Below, one piece after another: positions 1 through 8,644 of a DNA stretch of 64,000 bases. Below the pieces are notes generated by a model that was not told the origin of the DNA, searched no databases, and was given only the letters and a program-made list of their open reading frames with translations. The translations under genes and the position numbers were made by a program. Every line of letters begins with the position of its first letter. The first letter of the stretch is position 1. The DNA is from Nitrosopumilus sp. Its GTDB lineage: Archaea; Thermoproteota; Nitrososphaeria; Nitrososphaerales; Nitrosopumilaceae. The stretch is from contig OZ240211.1 in the NCBI GenBank assembly GCA_965197525.1, positions 1,600,001-1,664,000 of the forward strand. The letters run 5' to 3'.

Positions 1-1
1 C

Positions 2-580
2 TCACATACAGAACTGAAAAGACCAAACGACAACCTGATACTAAAAAACTGTGCCAAAAGAATTGCACATGTCACAGAAGAGATAACAAATGTCGAAACA
101 GAGATAGACAAACAAGCAGCAGTAAACGATGATGCAAGATTGCTTATGAGCATGACAGGACTGGATGTATTTGCATCAATGCTTGTCGTATCAGAGATTG
201 GGGACATATCAAGATTCAAAACCCCGGAACACTTGGTCTCATGGGCAGGCATGTGTCCCACCGTCTACCAATCAGGTGATGTAACACATCATGGCCGCAT
301 GAAAAAGGCAGCAAACAGAAGAATAAACTGGATACTTATTCAAGTAGCAAACGTGGCAGTAAGATACGATGACAAGTTAAAAGAGTTCTATGAGAGATGC
401 AAAAAAAGACATGGCGGCAAACATGCGATTGCCGTAACACATGTGGCAAACAAGATGATACGAATCATTTGGGCCATACTGACACTCAGGGAACCGTACA
501 AGTCACACAATGTACAAAGATATGGCAGAAAGATAAAGAGAATGAACAGTGTTCGACAGTCTATGCAGGGTACGGAATAG
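2..580 (+). mobile_element. IS110-family transposase, C-terminal part (gene starts before the window)
   Basis: Frame is open from base 2 to TAG at 580. Motifs SEIGDISRF, LVSWAGMCP..YQSG and H.A...VANKMIRIIWA are typical of the IS110 Transposase_20 domain. Confidence 0.9.
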
Positions 581-790
581 CCAGTCAGTCACACATCTGT
601 TGCAGTTTTTTTCCTAGCGATAGCTTTAAAAATATACACGTGTATTGTAGGCGTGGATCGAAGGCCAAATGGAAACCACGCGTGGCTGTGCCCGGATGTT
701 TTAACATAGGCGTTTCCCAATTTCGATAAACGCATCTGAATTGCCATAAAGAACACGATTATCGTGTGGCTTGACACTGTTTACGGACTA
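581..790 (+). ncRNA. Candidate bridge/seek RNA in the non-coding end of the IS110 element
   Basis: About 200 nt non-coding tail with stems gcgtgg/ccacgc (651-681), gcgttt/aaacgc (710-733) and acacgat/atcgtgt (753-767). Boundaries are approximate. Confidence 0.35.
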
Positions 791-958
791 AATTAATCGT
801 AAAAGTACGAATTGTTTGAATTGAGAAACAAAGTTCAGCAATACAGACAGTTATATACACCCTATTTTATTCTAATATTGTAGTCAAGCATGATATTGAA
901 TGATAACATTAAACATTGTATAATAAAGACGGTAAACACACTAAACAAGTCGCCGCAC

Positions 959-3900
959 ATGTCATTGTGTGGGGGGGGGGGGCGAGCGAGCAGAAATACG
1001 ATCCTGTTGGCTTCAACTATTTTATTATGTGTGGTTATGATAGGCATCTCTCCTGCAGCGTATGGAACCCTATCTGATCCTGTACCAGTGTCATCATTTG
1101 AAGATGGTGATACTGTCAACGGCAAGACGTTTGACGAACTTTTAGGAGCACGTGGTCTTACTACCATCGAGATCGATTCCAAGATATATGCACTGGTTAC
1201 ATCGGGTGTAGACTTTGGCGTTCAAATTATAGATATATCAGACCCTGCAAATCCAGCACCGGTGTCATCCTTTGATAATGGTGATACTGTAAACGGTAAG
1301 ACGTATGATGAGCTTGACGCTCCCAGACAAATAGCCTCAGTCAAGATCGGCTCAGGTACGTATGCACTTGTAGCAAATAATATGGACGGCGTTCAAATTA
1401 TAGACATAACCGATCCTGCAAATCCTGAACCTGTAACATCCTTTGATGATGGTGATACTGTAAACGGTAAGACGTTTGATGAGCTTAACGGGGCATACGG
1501 CATCACTACAATCAAGATCGGTTCCAGTACATACGCACTGGTAACGGCAGTTGATGATAATGGCGTTCAAATTATAGATATATCAGACCCTGCAAATCCA
1601 GCACCTGTATCATCCTTTGATGACGGAGATACTGTAAACGGTAAGACGTATGATGAGCTTGAAGACCCATACGACATCACTACAGTCAAGATCGGTTCCA
1701 AGACGTATGCACTGGTAGCGGCGCATGGCGACGACGGCGTTCAAATTATAGATATATCAGACCCTGCAAATCCAGCACCTGTATCATCCTTTGATGATGG
1801 TGATACTGTAGGTACTAAGACGTTTGATGAGCTTGCCGGGGCATACGGCATCACTACAGTCAAGATCGGTTCCAAGACGTATGCACTGGTAGCGACAGCT
1901 ACAGACGACGGCGTTCAAATTATAGATATATCAGACCCTGCAAATCCAGCACCTGTATCATCCTTTGATGACGGAGATAGTGTCATAGTCGGAAGTTTCG
2001 AGAGGCCATTTAGAGAGCTTGAATCGGGGTTTGGAATTACAACCTTGAAGTTTGGTCAGGGAGTGTATGCACTTGTGGCAGCACATGTAGACGACGGAGT
2101 TCAGATTATAGACATAACAAACCCTGCAAATCCAGTACCGGTGTCATCCGTTGACGACTTTGGCATTAATGGAGAACTTGATGGGGCATACACCGTCACT
2201 ACAGTCAAGATAGACTCCAAAGTGTATGCACTGGTGACGGGGTTTAATGATGCCGGAGTTCAAATAATTGATTTAGGAGAGGAACCGCCAGAGGGCCATC
2301 CTCTATTATCACCTAAACCTGTAACATCCTTTGATGACGGGGATTATGTAGGCAATAAGCAGTTTAAAGAACTCAATGGTGCACGTGGCATCACTACCAT
2401 CGAGATCGGCTCCAAGGTGTATGCACTGGTAGCAGCAGCCGTTGATAACGGCGTTCAGATTATAGATGTAACGAATCCTACAAATCCAGTACCGGTGTCA
2501 TCCGTTAATGACGGAAATACTAGAGGAGGCGTACAGTTACAAGAACTTAAGGGGGCGAATGGCATTACCACAATCGAGATCGCATCCAAGATATATGCAC
2601 TGGTAACGGCAGGTGGTGATAACGGCGTTCAGATTATAGACATAACAAACCCTGCCAGCATAAAAGGTGTGTCATCCTTTGATGACGGAGATACTGTAGG
2701 TACTGAGACGTTTGATGAGCTTACTACTCCCAGGAACATCGATGTCTTTAAGCTCGGCTTCAAGCTGTATGCCATTGTAGCATCATCTGGTGATAACGGC
2801 GTTCAAATTATAGACATAAGTAGTCCTCAAAACCCACTACCTGTATCATCCTTTGATGACGGAGATGCTGTAGGTACTGAGACGTTTAGTGAGCTTTTAC
2901 AAGCATTTGACGTCACTACAATCGAGATAGACTCTACTATGTATGCCTTGGTAGCAGCATTTGCCGACGACGGCGTTCAAATTATAAACATAACCGATCC
3001 TGCAAATCCTGCACCGGTGTCAGACTTTGATGATGGTGATATAGTTAGAGTTGGCTCTTTAGATCTAACATTTGACGAACTTGACGGGGCATACAGTATT
3101 ACTACCGTCACTATTGACTCCAAGGTGTATGCACTGGTAGTAGCACGTAATGACAACGGAGTTCAAATAGTAGACATATCCGATCCTGAAAATCCTGCAC
3201 CAGTATCATCATTTGATCACGGTGATACTGTAAACGGTAAAGTGTATGACGGGCTTAATAGGCCAACTAGTATTACCACATTGACGTTTGAGGGAGGAGT
3301 GTATGCGTTGGTAACGGCAATTAATAGCGACGGAGTTCAAATAGTAGACATATCCGATCCTGCAAATCCTGCACCAGTGTCATCCTTTGCTGATAGTGAT
3401 ATTGTCAACGGCAAGACGTTTGATAATCTTGGAGATCCATACGACATCACTACCGTCATGATCGGCTCCAAAGTGTATGCACTGGTAGCAGCACATTATA
3501 GCGACGGAGTTCAAATAATTGATCTTGGAGGGCCAAAGGTAGAGGTCCAGGGCAAGATCGCAGACAAAGGCGACACTTACAGTAGTGTGTGTAAGGCAGT
3601 CATCAAGGACATAAACCCAGATGTCAAGTGGAGTGCAGTTATTTCTGTGCATGGTTTTACGCCAGGGGAGTTTATCCGTGACACAATCACACTTGCAGCA
3701 GACGAATCATATGCAGAATCACCTAGTCCAAACTACCATTTTGTAATCAAAAAGTCCGATGCTTATGATGGTAGTGTCACGGTGCAATTCGTGGAAAGGG
3801 GTATCAATCCGTCCCACAGTGGTACATGTACGATTGACATAATGTCCTATGATGCATTGTTCGTAGAGAGGATCCCCGTCCCAGTGATCACACTTGACGA

Positions 3901-4312
3901 AGACGAAGGATCACCTAGGTTCGTTGCACGGTCAGTAGAGGGTATAGATAATACCAGTGCCGTATGTTTGGCCAGAGTAAATAACATAGACAGTTCTTTG
4001 GGTTGGTTTATAGACATTAGTCTGAGGGATCAGAATAACGATGTAATTGTTCAGACCCTGTCAGGTGTCGGGCCGCCAACAGTCAATTATTGGGTATCAG
4101 AAGATGTAACAGAGGATGGCATCATACAGGGTAAGAACTCTATGTATATGGGCAGGCAGAATTTTGTAATCGCAAAGTTGGTTTACTATGATGCAGACCC
4201 TGACAGGAATTATCAGTGCTTGTATGACGTGGGAGTGGATAGGAGAACATCAACAGGTGGGGCAGTAACCATAGACAATGTTGTCAGTGCTTTCGGCTAT
4301 ATCAGAAACTGA
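959..4312 (+). CDS. Secreted LVIVD-repeat beta-propeller protein (14 repeats, 2x7) with a duplicated C-terminal domain
   Basis: Signal-peptide-like N-terminus, then 14 YALV...GVQIIDISDPANP repeats of about 59 aa; repeats 7 and 14 both end VQIIDLG. Start at ATG 959 preferred over 890. Confidence 0.85.
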   Translation: MSLCGGGGRASRNTILLASTILLCVVMIGISPAAYGTLSDPVPVSSFEDGDTVNGKTFDELLGARGLTTIEIDSKIYALVTSGVDFGVQIIDISDPANPAPVSSFDNGDTVNGKTYDELDAPRQIASVKIGSGTYALVANNMDGVQIIDITDPANPEPVTSFDDGDTVNGKTFDELNGAYGITTIKIGSSTYALVTAVDDNGVQIIDISDPANPAPVSSFDDGDTVNGKTYDELEDPYDITTVKIGSKTYALVAAHGDDGVQIIDISDPANPAPVSSFDDGDTVGTKTFDELAGAYGITTVKIGSKTYALVATATDDGVQIIDISDPANPAPVSSFDDGDSVIVGSFERPFRELESGFGITTLKFGQGVYALVAAHVDDGVQIIDITNPANPVPVSSVDDFGINGELDGAYTVTTVKIDSKVYALVTGFNDAGVQIIDLGEEPPEGHPLLSPKPVTSFDDGDYVGNKQFKELNGARGITTIEIGSKVYALVAAAVDNGVQIIDVTNPTNPVPVSSVNDGNTRGGVQLQELKGANGITTIEIASKIYALVTAGGDNGVQIIDITNPASIKGVSSFDDGDTVGTETFDELTTPRNIDVFKLGFKLYAIVASSGDNGVQIIDISSPQNPLPVSSFDDGDAVGTETFSELLQAFDVTTIEIDSTMYALVAAFADDGVQIINITDPANPAPVSDFDDGDIVRVGSLDLTFDELDGAYSITTVTIDSKVYALVVARNDNGVQIVDISDPENPAPVSSFDHGDTVNGKVYDGLNRPTSITTLTFEGGVYALVTAINSDGVQIVDISDPANPAPVSSFADSDIVNGKTFDNLGDPYDITTVMIGSKVYALVAAHYSDGVQIIDLGGPKVEVQGKIADKGDTYSSVCKAVIKDINPDVKWSAVISVHGFTPGEFIRDTITLAADESYAESPSPNYHFVIKKSDAYDGSVTVQFVERGINPSHSGTCTIDIMSYDALFVERIPVPVITLDEDEGSPRFVARSVEGIDNTSAVCLARVNNIDSSLGWFIDISLRDQNNDVIVQTLSGVGPPTVNYWVSEDVTEDGIIQGKNSMYMGRQNFVIAKLVYYDADPDRNYQCLYDVGVDRRTSTGGAVTIDNVVSAFGYIRN
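971..982 (+). repeat. G12 homopolymer in the 5' coding region of the LVIVD gene
   Basis: atg tca ttg tgt ggg ggg ggg ggg cga: 12 consecutive G. Confidence 0.95.
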
Positions 4313-4403
4313 CATCTTGTAATGTGTAACAATGGATATCTAGGGAATTATATAGTCAAGTAAGGTACCACTTTTTGCATACTTTTCCGTATGATTCTAT
4401 CCC

Positions 4404-5518
4404 TCATTTATTCCCACCCTCCAATTTTAGGACGAATTCATTGGGAGTGAGATATCCCAATGCGGAGTGAATCCTGTCCTTGTTGTAATCTACAAATGCT
4501 TTTGCTAAAACGACCTCTGCGTCTTGGAGGCGTGCAAACTCGTGCGGCCAGACATATTCCCTCTTGAGTGTTTCATGGAAAGACTCCACATGTCCGTTTT
4601 GCTCTGGAGTATTCTTCCAGATAAACTCGTGTCTTATTCCCAGTGTCTGCATGGATTTCTTGAACTCACGACTGCTGCTGTACTGCGTATCGTTGTCAGT
4701 TCTAAGCCTTAGATGTGAGATATCTTTTACAGACAATACTGCCTTTAGCACAGATTGAACGGTTGTGTGTGCCGTAGCTGCAGCATCAAAGATGTATGAT
4801 ATCCATTCCCTGGTAAACACATCTATGACGTTAAAGCAGTAACACCATCAGTCCATGCCAATGGATGTATGTCATGTCTGTCTCCCAAAGCTGGTTGGGT
4901 GCGTCAGGCTTGAACTTTCTGCGTCTTGATGTACGAATTATGCCGTTTTTGCTATTTTGAGGCTTATTCCGGCCTATTTTTCTATATATGCGCTGTATTT
5001 TTTTACGATTTGTAGGAATGTTCGTCTCTCTTGCAACCTGTGCTGTCATGCGTCTGGTTTCGTACGTGGGCCGCTTGGAGGACATCTTTTTTACCTTGTC
5101 TGTGACCTCTGCATTTATCAGAACATCTCTTGGTTTTTTAGTATAATACCAAGCATGTTTGGACATCCAGCAATACTGCAAGGCTTTGTTCAGACTCATT
5201 TCTTTGCTTGTTTCACGTACTGCCTGTATCCTCATCGATTTGTCCCATCCAAAGTTTTTTTTAAAACGTCGTTGGCTATGGTGATCTCACCTATTATACG
5301 CTTGAGATTCTCTCTACCTCCTTTGTATGATTTTTGGTCTTGTCTTCTTTGTTTAGGAGGAAGGCCTCCTTGCCTCCCTGCAGAAACTTGTCTTTCCAAT
5401 CTTGGAATGTAGTTGGAGATATGTTGTGTTTGCGACACAATTCGGCAGCAGATATACTGGTATTGATAAATTCCATTACTATTATTGCCTTGTCTTGGGG
5501 GTTATGCTTCTTGTTCAT
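4404..5518 (-). mobile_element. Decayed IS3-family element (orfA HTH plus fragmented orfB integrase core)
   Basis: 5294-5518 encodes an HTH_Tnp_1-like orfA (SAAELCRKHNISPTTFQDWK). 4831-5235 ends in PDAPNQLWETDMTYI. 4404-4820 has LRTDND.QY and PEQNGHVESFH..LKRE. Several frameshifts. Confidence 0.85.
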
Positions 5519-5765
5519 ACACTTCCTCTAACCTCCTGCTCCAAAAAGTATACGGATTTGATCGGTTTCATTATAGAGGGGTCTGCACCAGATTCCTTTA
5601 AAAAAATTGGATCTGTCCGGTTCTAACCTTCTGAAAGAGCCAAAATTAACCATCCGGTTCTAATCGTCCTGTATAGCAAAGGCTATACAAAATTATACAC
5701 TGTTCAATCTTAATGTCATTTGTCTGCTTTTCTACACTGTTCATTTAGGCGGATGGACCGTAAAG

Positions 5766-5990
5766 TTAGGGTGATGAGGGTTTGCATCGTTTACAATCAC
5801 GGTATTTCATAGAATGTTCTCTAGCTAATCTTTGAGCTATGTTTGTAGCGGTTTGAAGGGTTGGTGCAGTATGCCAATCTGAATTTTCAGCTAAAGGTTT
5901 TCTACATGTATAGTAATGACACTCTATATCATGAATCTTGATATCTGAGGCTTTTGGGATGTTGTGATAAATTGCAAATCTATCTATCAT
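5766..5990 (-). CDS. Small hypothetical protein with HxxxC and CxxC motifs
   Basis: 74-aa ORF with IHDIECHY and DCKRCKP motifs. Confidence 0.5.
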   Translation of the reverse strand: MIDRFAIYHNIPKASDIKIHDIECHYYTCRKPLAENSDWHTAPTLQTATNIAQRLAREHSMKYRDCKRCKPSSP

Positions 5991-6025
5991 AAAATTATGA
6001 TGTTGAACTTGTTAAAAAATTAAGC

Positions 6026-6167
6026 GACTAGCTTCAACCAGCAACTATCTTTTCCGTTTGACGGCCAGCTAAACCCATGAAGTCTGGGAATGTCGTTTAT
6101 CTCACGCCAGACATGATGTCTCATGTCAATCCAATTTTTAGGACCATAATGGTTACATTGATGGAAT
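6026..6167. repeat. Direct repeat copy A (about 140 bp, with indels relative to copy B)
   Basis: gactagcttcaaccagc...gccagac is identical at 6026 and 6701; similarity continues to gatggaat. Confidence 0.9.
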
Positions 6168-6219
6168 AGAAAGGCAGACCCATCATGCGGATGGCTATAG
6201 CCATCATTACAGAATGGGA

Positions 6220-6700
6220 GGATGCCAAAAAGGGCGTCTAGGCGTGATTCGTGGTTCGATGTAAAGGGTAAAGTTACCCCGGGACGGGCGCAACAGATCA
6301 AAAAGGTTCCTGACGGCACAGGATGCGTGATGCTTGATGAGGATATGACGTCAGGTGGCAGGAGAGGAATCCCAAGGAGTTTGAAGATGCGTACCACCAG
6401 CGTAGTATAGTGGAATCGGTGTTCTCTTCATTCAAGCACTGGTTTACTGCGGTTGTTCGTGCAAAGAAGATGGCAACGCAGAGACTGCAGCTGCTCTCCG
6501 GTGCATCTGTTACAACCTGCTGTCATAGTGGAACGACGTAAAAAACACGTGGTGTGTCTAGCGTATGCTGTACAACCATGCAACGTTTTGGTAGATACAC
6601 CTCATCATATCCTGCTGCTAGAAAATTATACAGGGAATCAAAAGCAATAAAGTCAGATTGACATCTAATAGGTTTGAAAAAATAAGATTTGGACAACGCC
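6220..6700 (+). pseudogene. IS5-family transposase 3' remnant ending in a terminal-repeat-like ggacaacgcc
   Basis: From 6356 reads WQERNPKEFEDAYHQRSIVESVFSSFKH, the DDE C-terminal Y..R..VES.FS..K motif. Confidence 0.7.
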
Positions 6701-6828
6701 GACTAGCTTCAACCAGCAACTATCTTTTCCGTTTGACGGCCAGCTAAACCCATGAAGTCTGGGAATGTCGTTTATCTCACGCCAGACTGATTTGTCAATC
6801 CAATTTTTAGGAGTTACATTGATGGAAT
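6701..6828. repeat. Direct repeat copy B
   Basis: See copy A. Begins immediately after the IS5 remnant end. Confidence 0.9.
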
Positions 6829-6861
6829 CACCCTCATTGGCTATAGTTACTTTCTTGATTT
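6701..6861 (-). pseudogene. Truncated fragment of a hypothetical gene
   Basis: Open reading NQIKKVTIANEGDSINVTPKNWIDKSVWREINDIPRLHGFSW...WLKLV, cut on one side by the 58-bp element and on the other by the IS5 end. Confidence 0.5.
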
Positions 6862-6919
6862 GGTTCTGTAAAGTTAACAGGTGTTGGAAGGTCAGAGTAC
6901 TCGATGGGTTAACAGAATC
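6862..6919. mobile_element. 58-bp mini-element, copy 1 (GGTTCTGT...ACAGAATC)
   Basis: Near-identical to 7236-7293, with inverted GGTTCTGT ends (one mismatch). Confidence 0.7.
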
Positions 6920-6934
6920 GTTATTTACAGTTAA

Positions 6935-7153
6935 TTACGGTTTTTCTGTAAATAACTCACAAGGACGTGGTGGAGAACCATCATCCATCTCTGGCTTGAT
7001 TTTATTTAATGCATCCTTTGCCTCTTGTGGTAGTTTTTCGTATTTGAATATGCCGAACTACAGACCTTGAAGAAGCTGGGGTGCAGTAAGTGTTTTGTTC
7101 GTACAATGTGGGGCAAACGTGTTGTTGAATGTTTGAGGATTATTTGTACTCAT
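6935..7153 (-). pseudogene. Small ORF with one in-frame TAG, between the two 58-bp elements
   Basis: MSTNNPQTFNNTFAPHCTNKTLTAPQLLQGL*FGIFKYEKLPQEAKDALNKIKPEMDDGSPPRPCELFTEKP; TAG at 7058-7060. Confidence 0.45.
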
Positions 7154-7235
7154 ACAAATATTATCTCACAAGTTCTTTATACGTCTTTTTTACTGTGCTG
7201 GACCAGCTGCATCGTTATATTTACTGTTGCAGGAT

Positions 7236-7293
7236 GGTTCTGTAAAGTTAACGGGTGTTGGAAGGTCAGAGTACTAGACGAGTTAACAGAACC
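7236..7293. mobile_element. 58-bp mini-element, copy 2 (GGTTCTGT...ACAGAACC)
   Basis: ggttctgtaaagttaacgggtgttggaaggtcagagtactagacgagttaacagaacc. Confidence 0.7.
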
Positions 7294-7343
7294 CAGTATT
7301 GTAATTATTTAACTACATTGTTTTGATTAAAGAAAAAATGAGG

Positions 7344-8642
7344 CTAGTTGATCGTAAACACAATACTGGTAAAATCCTCATTGGCATAATTGCCAGCAAT
7401 ATGCATCGATGACCAGTTGATCTGATGCTTTACAAAAATCTGATATTCGCCAGCAGGCGTATCTTCAGGTATCATATATGTCAAAGAAAACGTACTATCA
7501 TCAATATCTGTAAGACAGTATGGATATCCATAACGTTCACTATTGGTTCGCATTGTCAAACCATCTCCACTATAGTCACTACCTGATGCCCAGCATATAA
7601 TTTGGCCGGGAGCCTGAGCGCCCAAGATATTCTTACCCGGAAAGTTAACATGAACGTTAGTGTTACTATAGTAAGGGCCAAATGATAAAGATATCTGTCT
7701 CCTCTCTACCTGACCAGCATCAGGATCAAAAAATATACCTGTTTGCAATGCTTCAAAATGTTCATACAATTTTCCAGTAATTGTAATAGTATCCCCCGGA
7801 CTAAATGCTGTACCGTTTACCCTGACAAAAGATTCAGGCAGAGGCGCATCAGGCATAGCTAGAAATATCGCTGCACCTAGGTAATTATCCTCAGGATAAT
7901 CAGCCCATGGATCTATCCACAGCTTAACCTGAAGTTGTGATAATGCAAGCCGATCTTTAAACGCTGTCATATTTGTATTTGCTGCATCTAGCTTGGCTTG
8001 CATCTGTGCCATTTCTGCATTTGCTGCATCTAGCTTGGCTTGCATCTGTGCCATTTCTGCATTTGCTGCATCTAGCTTGGCTTGCATCTGTGCCATTTCT
8101 GCATTTGCTGCATCTAGCTTGGCTTGCATCTGTGCCATTTCTGCAGCATGATCTTCAGGTGTTGGTTCCGGTTCTGGTTCAGGTGTTGGTTCAGGTGTTG
8201 GTTCCGGTATAGTTAAACCTGTACTAATGAATACACTATCAGTCCAAGGTCCAGGGGGCGCTTCATTGTATCTTGGCCTAATCTTAATCTTATACAGTGT
8301 GTCTTCTTCCAAACCCTCTATGGTGTATGATGATTCTGTAGGATAGGCATTGTTACCATTAGCTAACCTGTAACTATGGTAGTTTTCTTCTGTTGCTTCT
8401 ATCCATGTTACCCTGTAATCTTTTGGCTCATTAACTGGCGCTTCCCATTGAATACTAATTGTGTTTGTTGTACTAGAAAAATTTGCACTCTTAATAATGA
8501 CGTGTTCGTTTATTCGATTTACATCCACGTCTTGATAGGTTACTGTTTCAGCGTATACATATCCAGTTATTGAAATACTGATAATTGCAACAAGCATAGA
8601 TGCAAGTAGTATTTTTGCAGGTTTGCCCATCATCGTCTTCAC
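7344..8642 (-). CDS. Secreted FN3-domain protein with Pro-Glu linker, coiled-coil repeat and Ig-like C-terminal domain
   Basis: Signal peptide; FN3 motifs (WEAP, Y.I.GLEEDT.YKIKIRP.Y); PEPT linker; 4x AEMAQMQAKLDAAN. Confidence 0.8.
   Translation of the reverse strand: MKTMMGKPAKILLASMLVAIISISITGYVYAETVTYQDVDVNRINEHVIIKSANFSSTTNTISIQWEAPVNEPKDYRVTWIEATEENYHSYRLANGNNAYPTESSYTIEGLEEDTLYKIKIRPRYNEAPPGPWTDSVFISTGLTIPEPTPEPTPEPEPEPTPEDHAAEMAQMQAKLDAANAEMAQMQAKLDAANAEMAQMQAKLDAANAEMAQMQAKLDAANTNMTAFKDRLALSQLQVKLWIDPWADYPEDNYLGAAIFLAMPDAPLPESFVRVNGTAFSPGDTITITGKLYEHFEALQTGIFFDPDAGQVERRQISLSFGPYYSNTNVHVNFPGKNILGAQAPGQIICWASGSDYSGDGLTMRTNSERYGYPYCLTDIDDSTFSLTYMIPEDTPAGEYQIFVKHQINWSSMHIAGNYANEDFTSIVFTIN
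7977..8144. repeat. Four perfect 42-bp tandem repeats (coding)
   Basis: Unit atttgctgcatctagcttggcttgcatctgtgccatttctgc, four copies. Confidence 0.97.
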
Positions 8643-8644
8643 GG

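Noticed and set aside
1200-3530. Diversity-generating retroelement template/variable repeat pair in the LVIVD gene
   Set aside because: Differences between repeats are not confined to adenines and there is no reverse transcriptase gene.
4339-4352. Shared 13-mer agggaattatata at about 4341 and 12200 as a common element end
   Set aside because: Short, AT-rich, and surrounding bases do not align; could be chance.
4350-5600. Terminal inverted repeats and TSD for the IS3 remnant
   Set aside because: Only a 7-bp match (tccgtat) was found, so the ends could not be defined.
7058-7060. Pyrrolysine read-through of the in-frame TAG
   Set aside because: No pyl genes in the window, none is known in AOA, and the ORF lies in decayed mobile DNA; a nonsense mutation is simpler.
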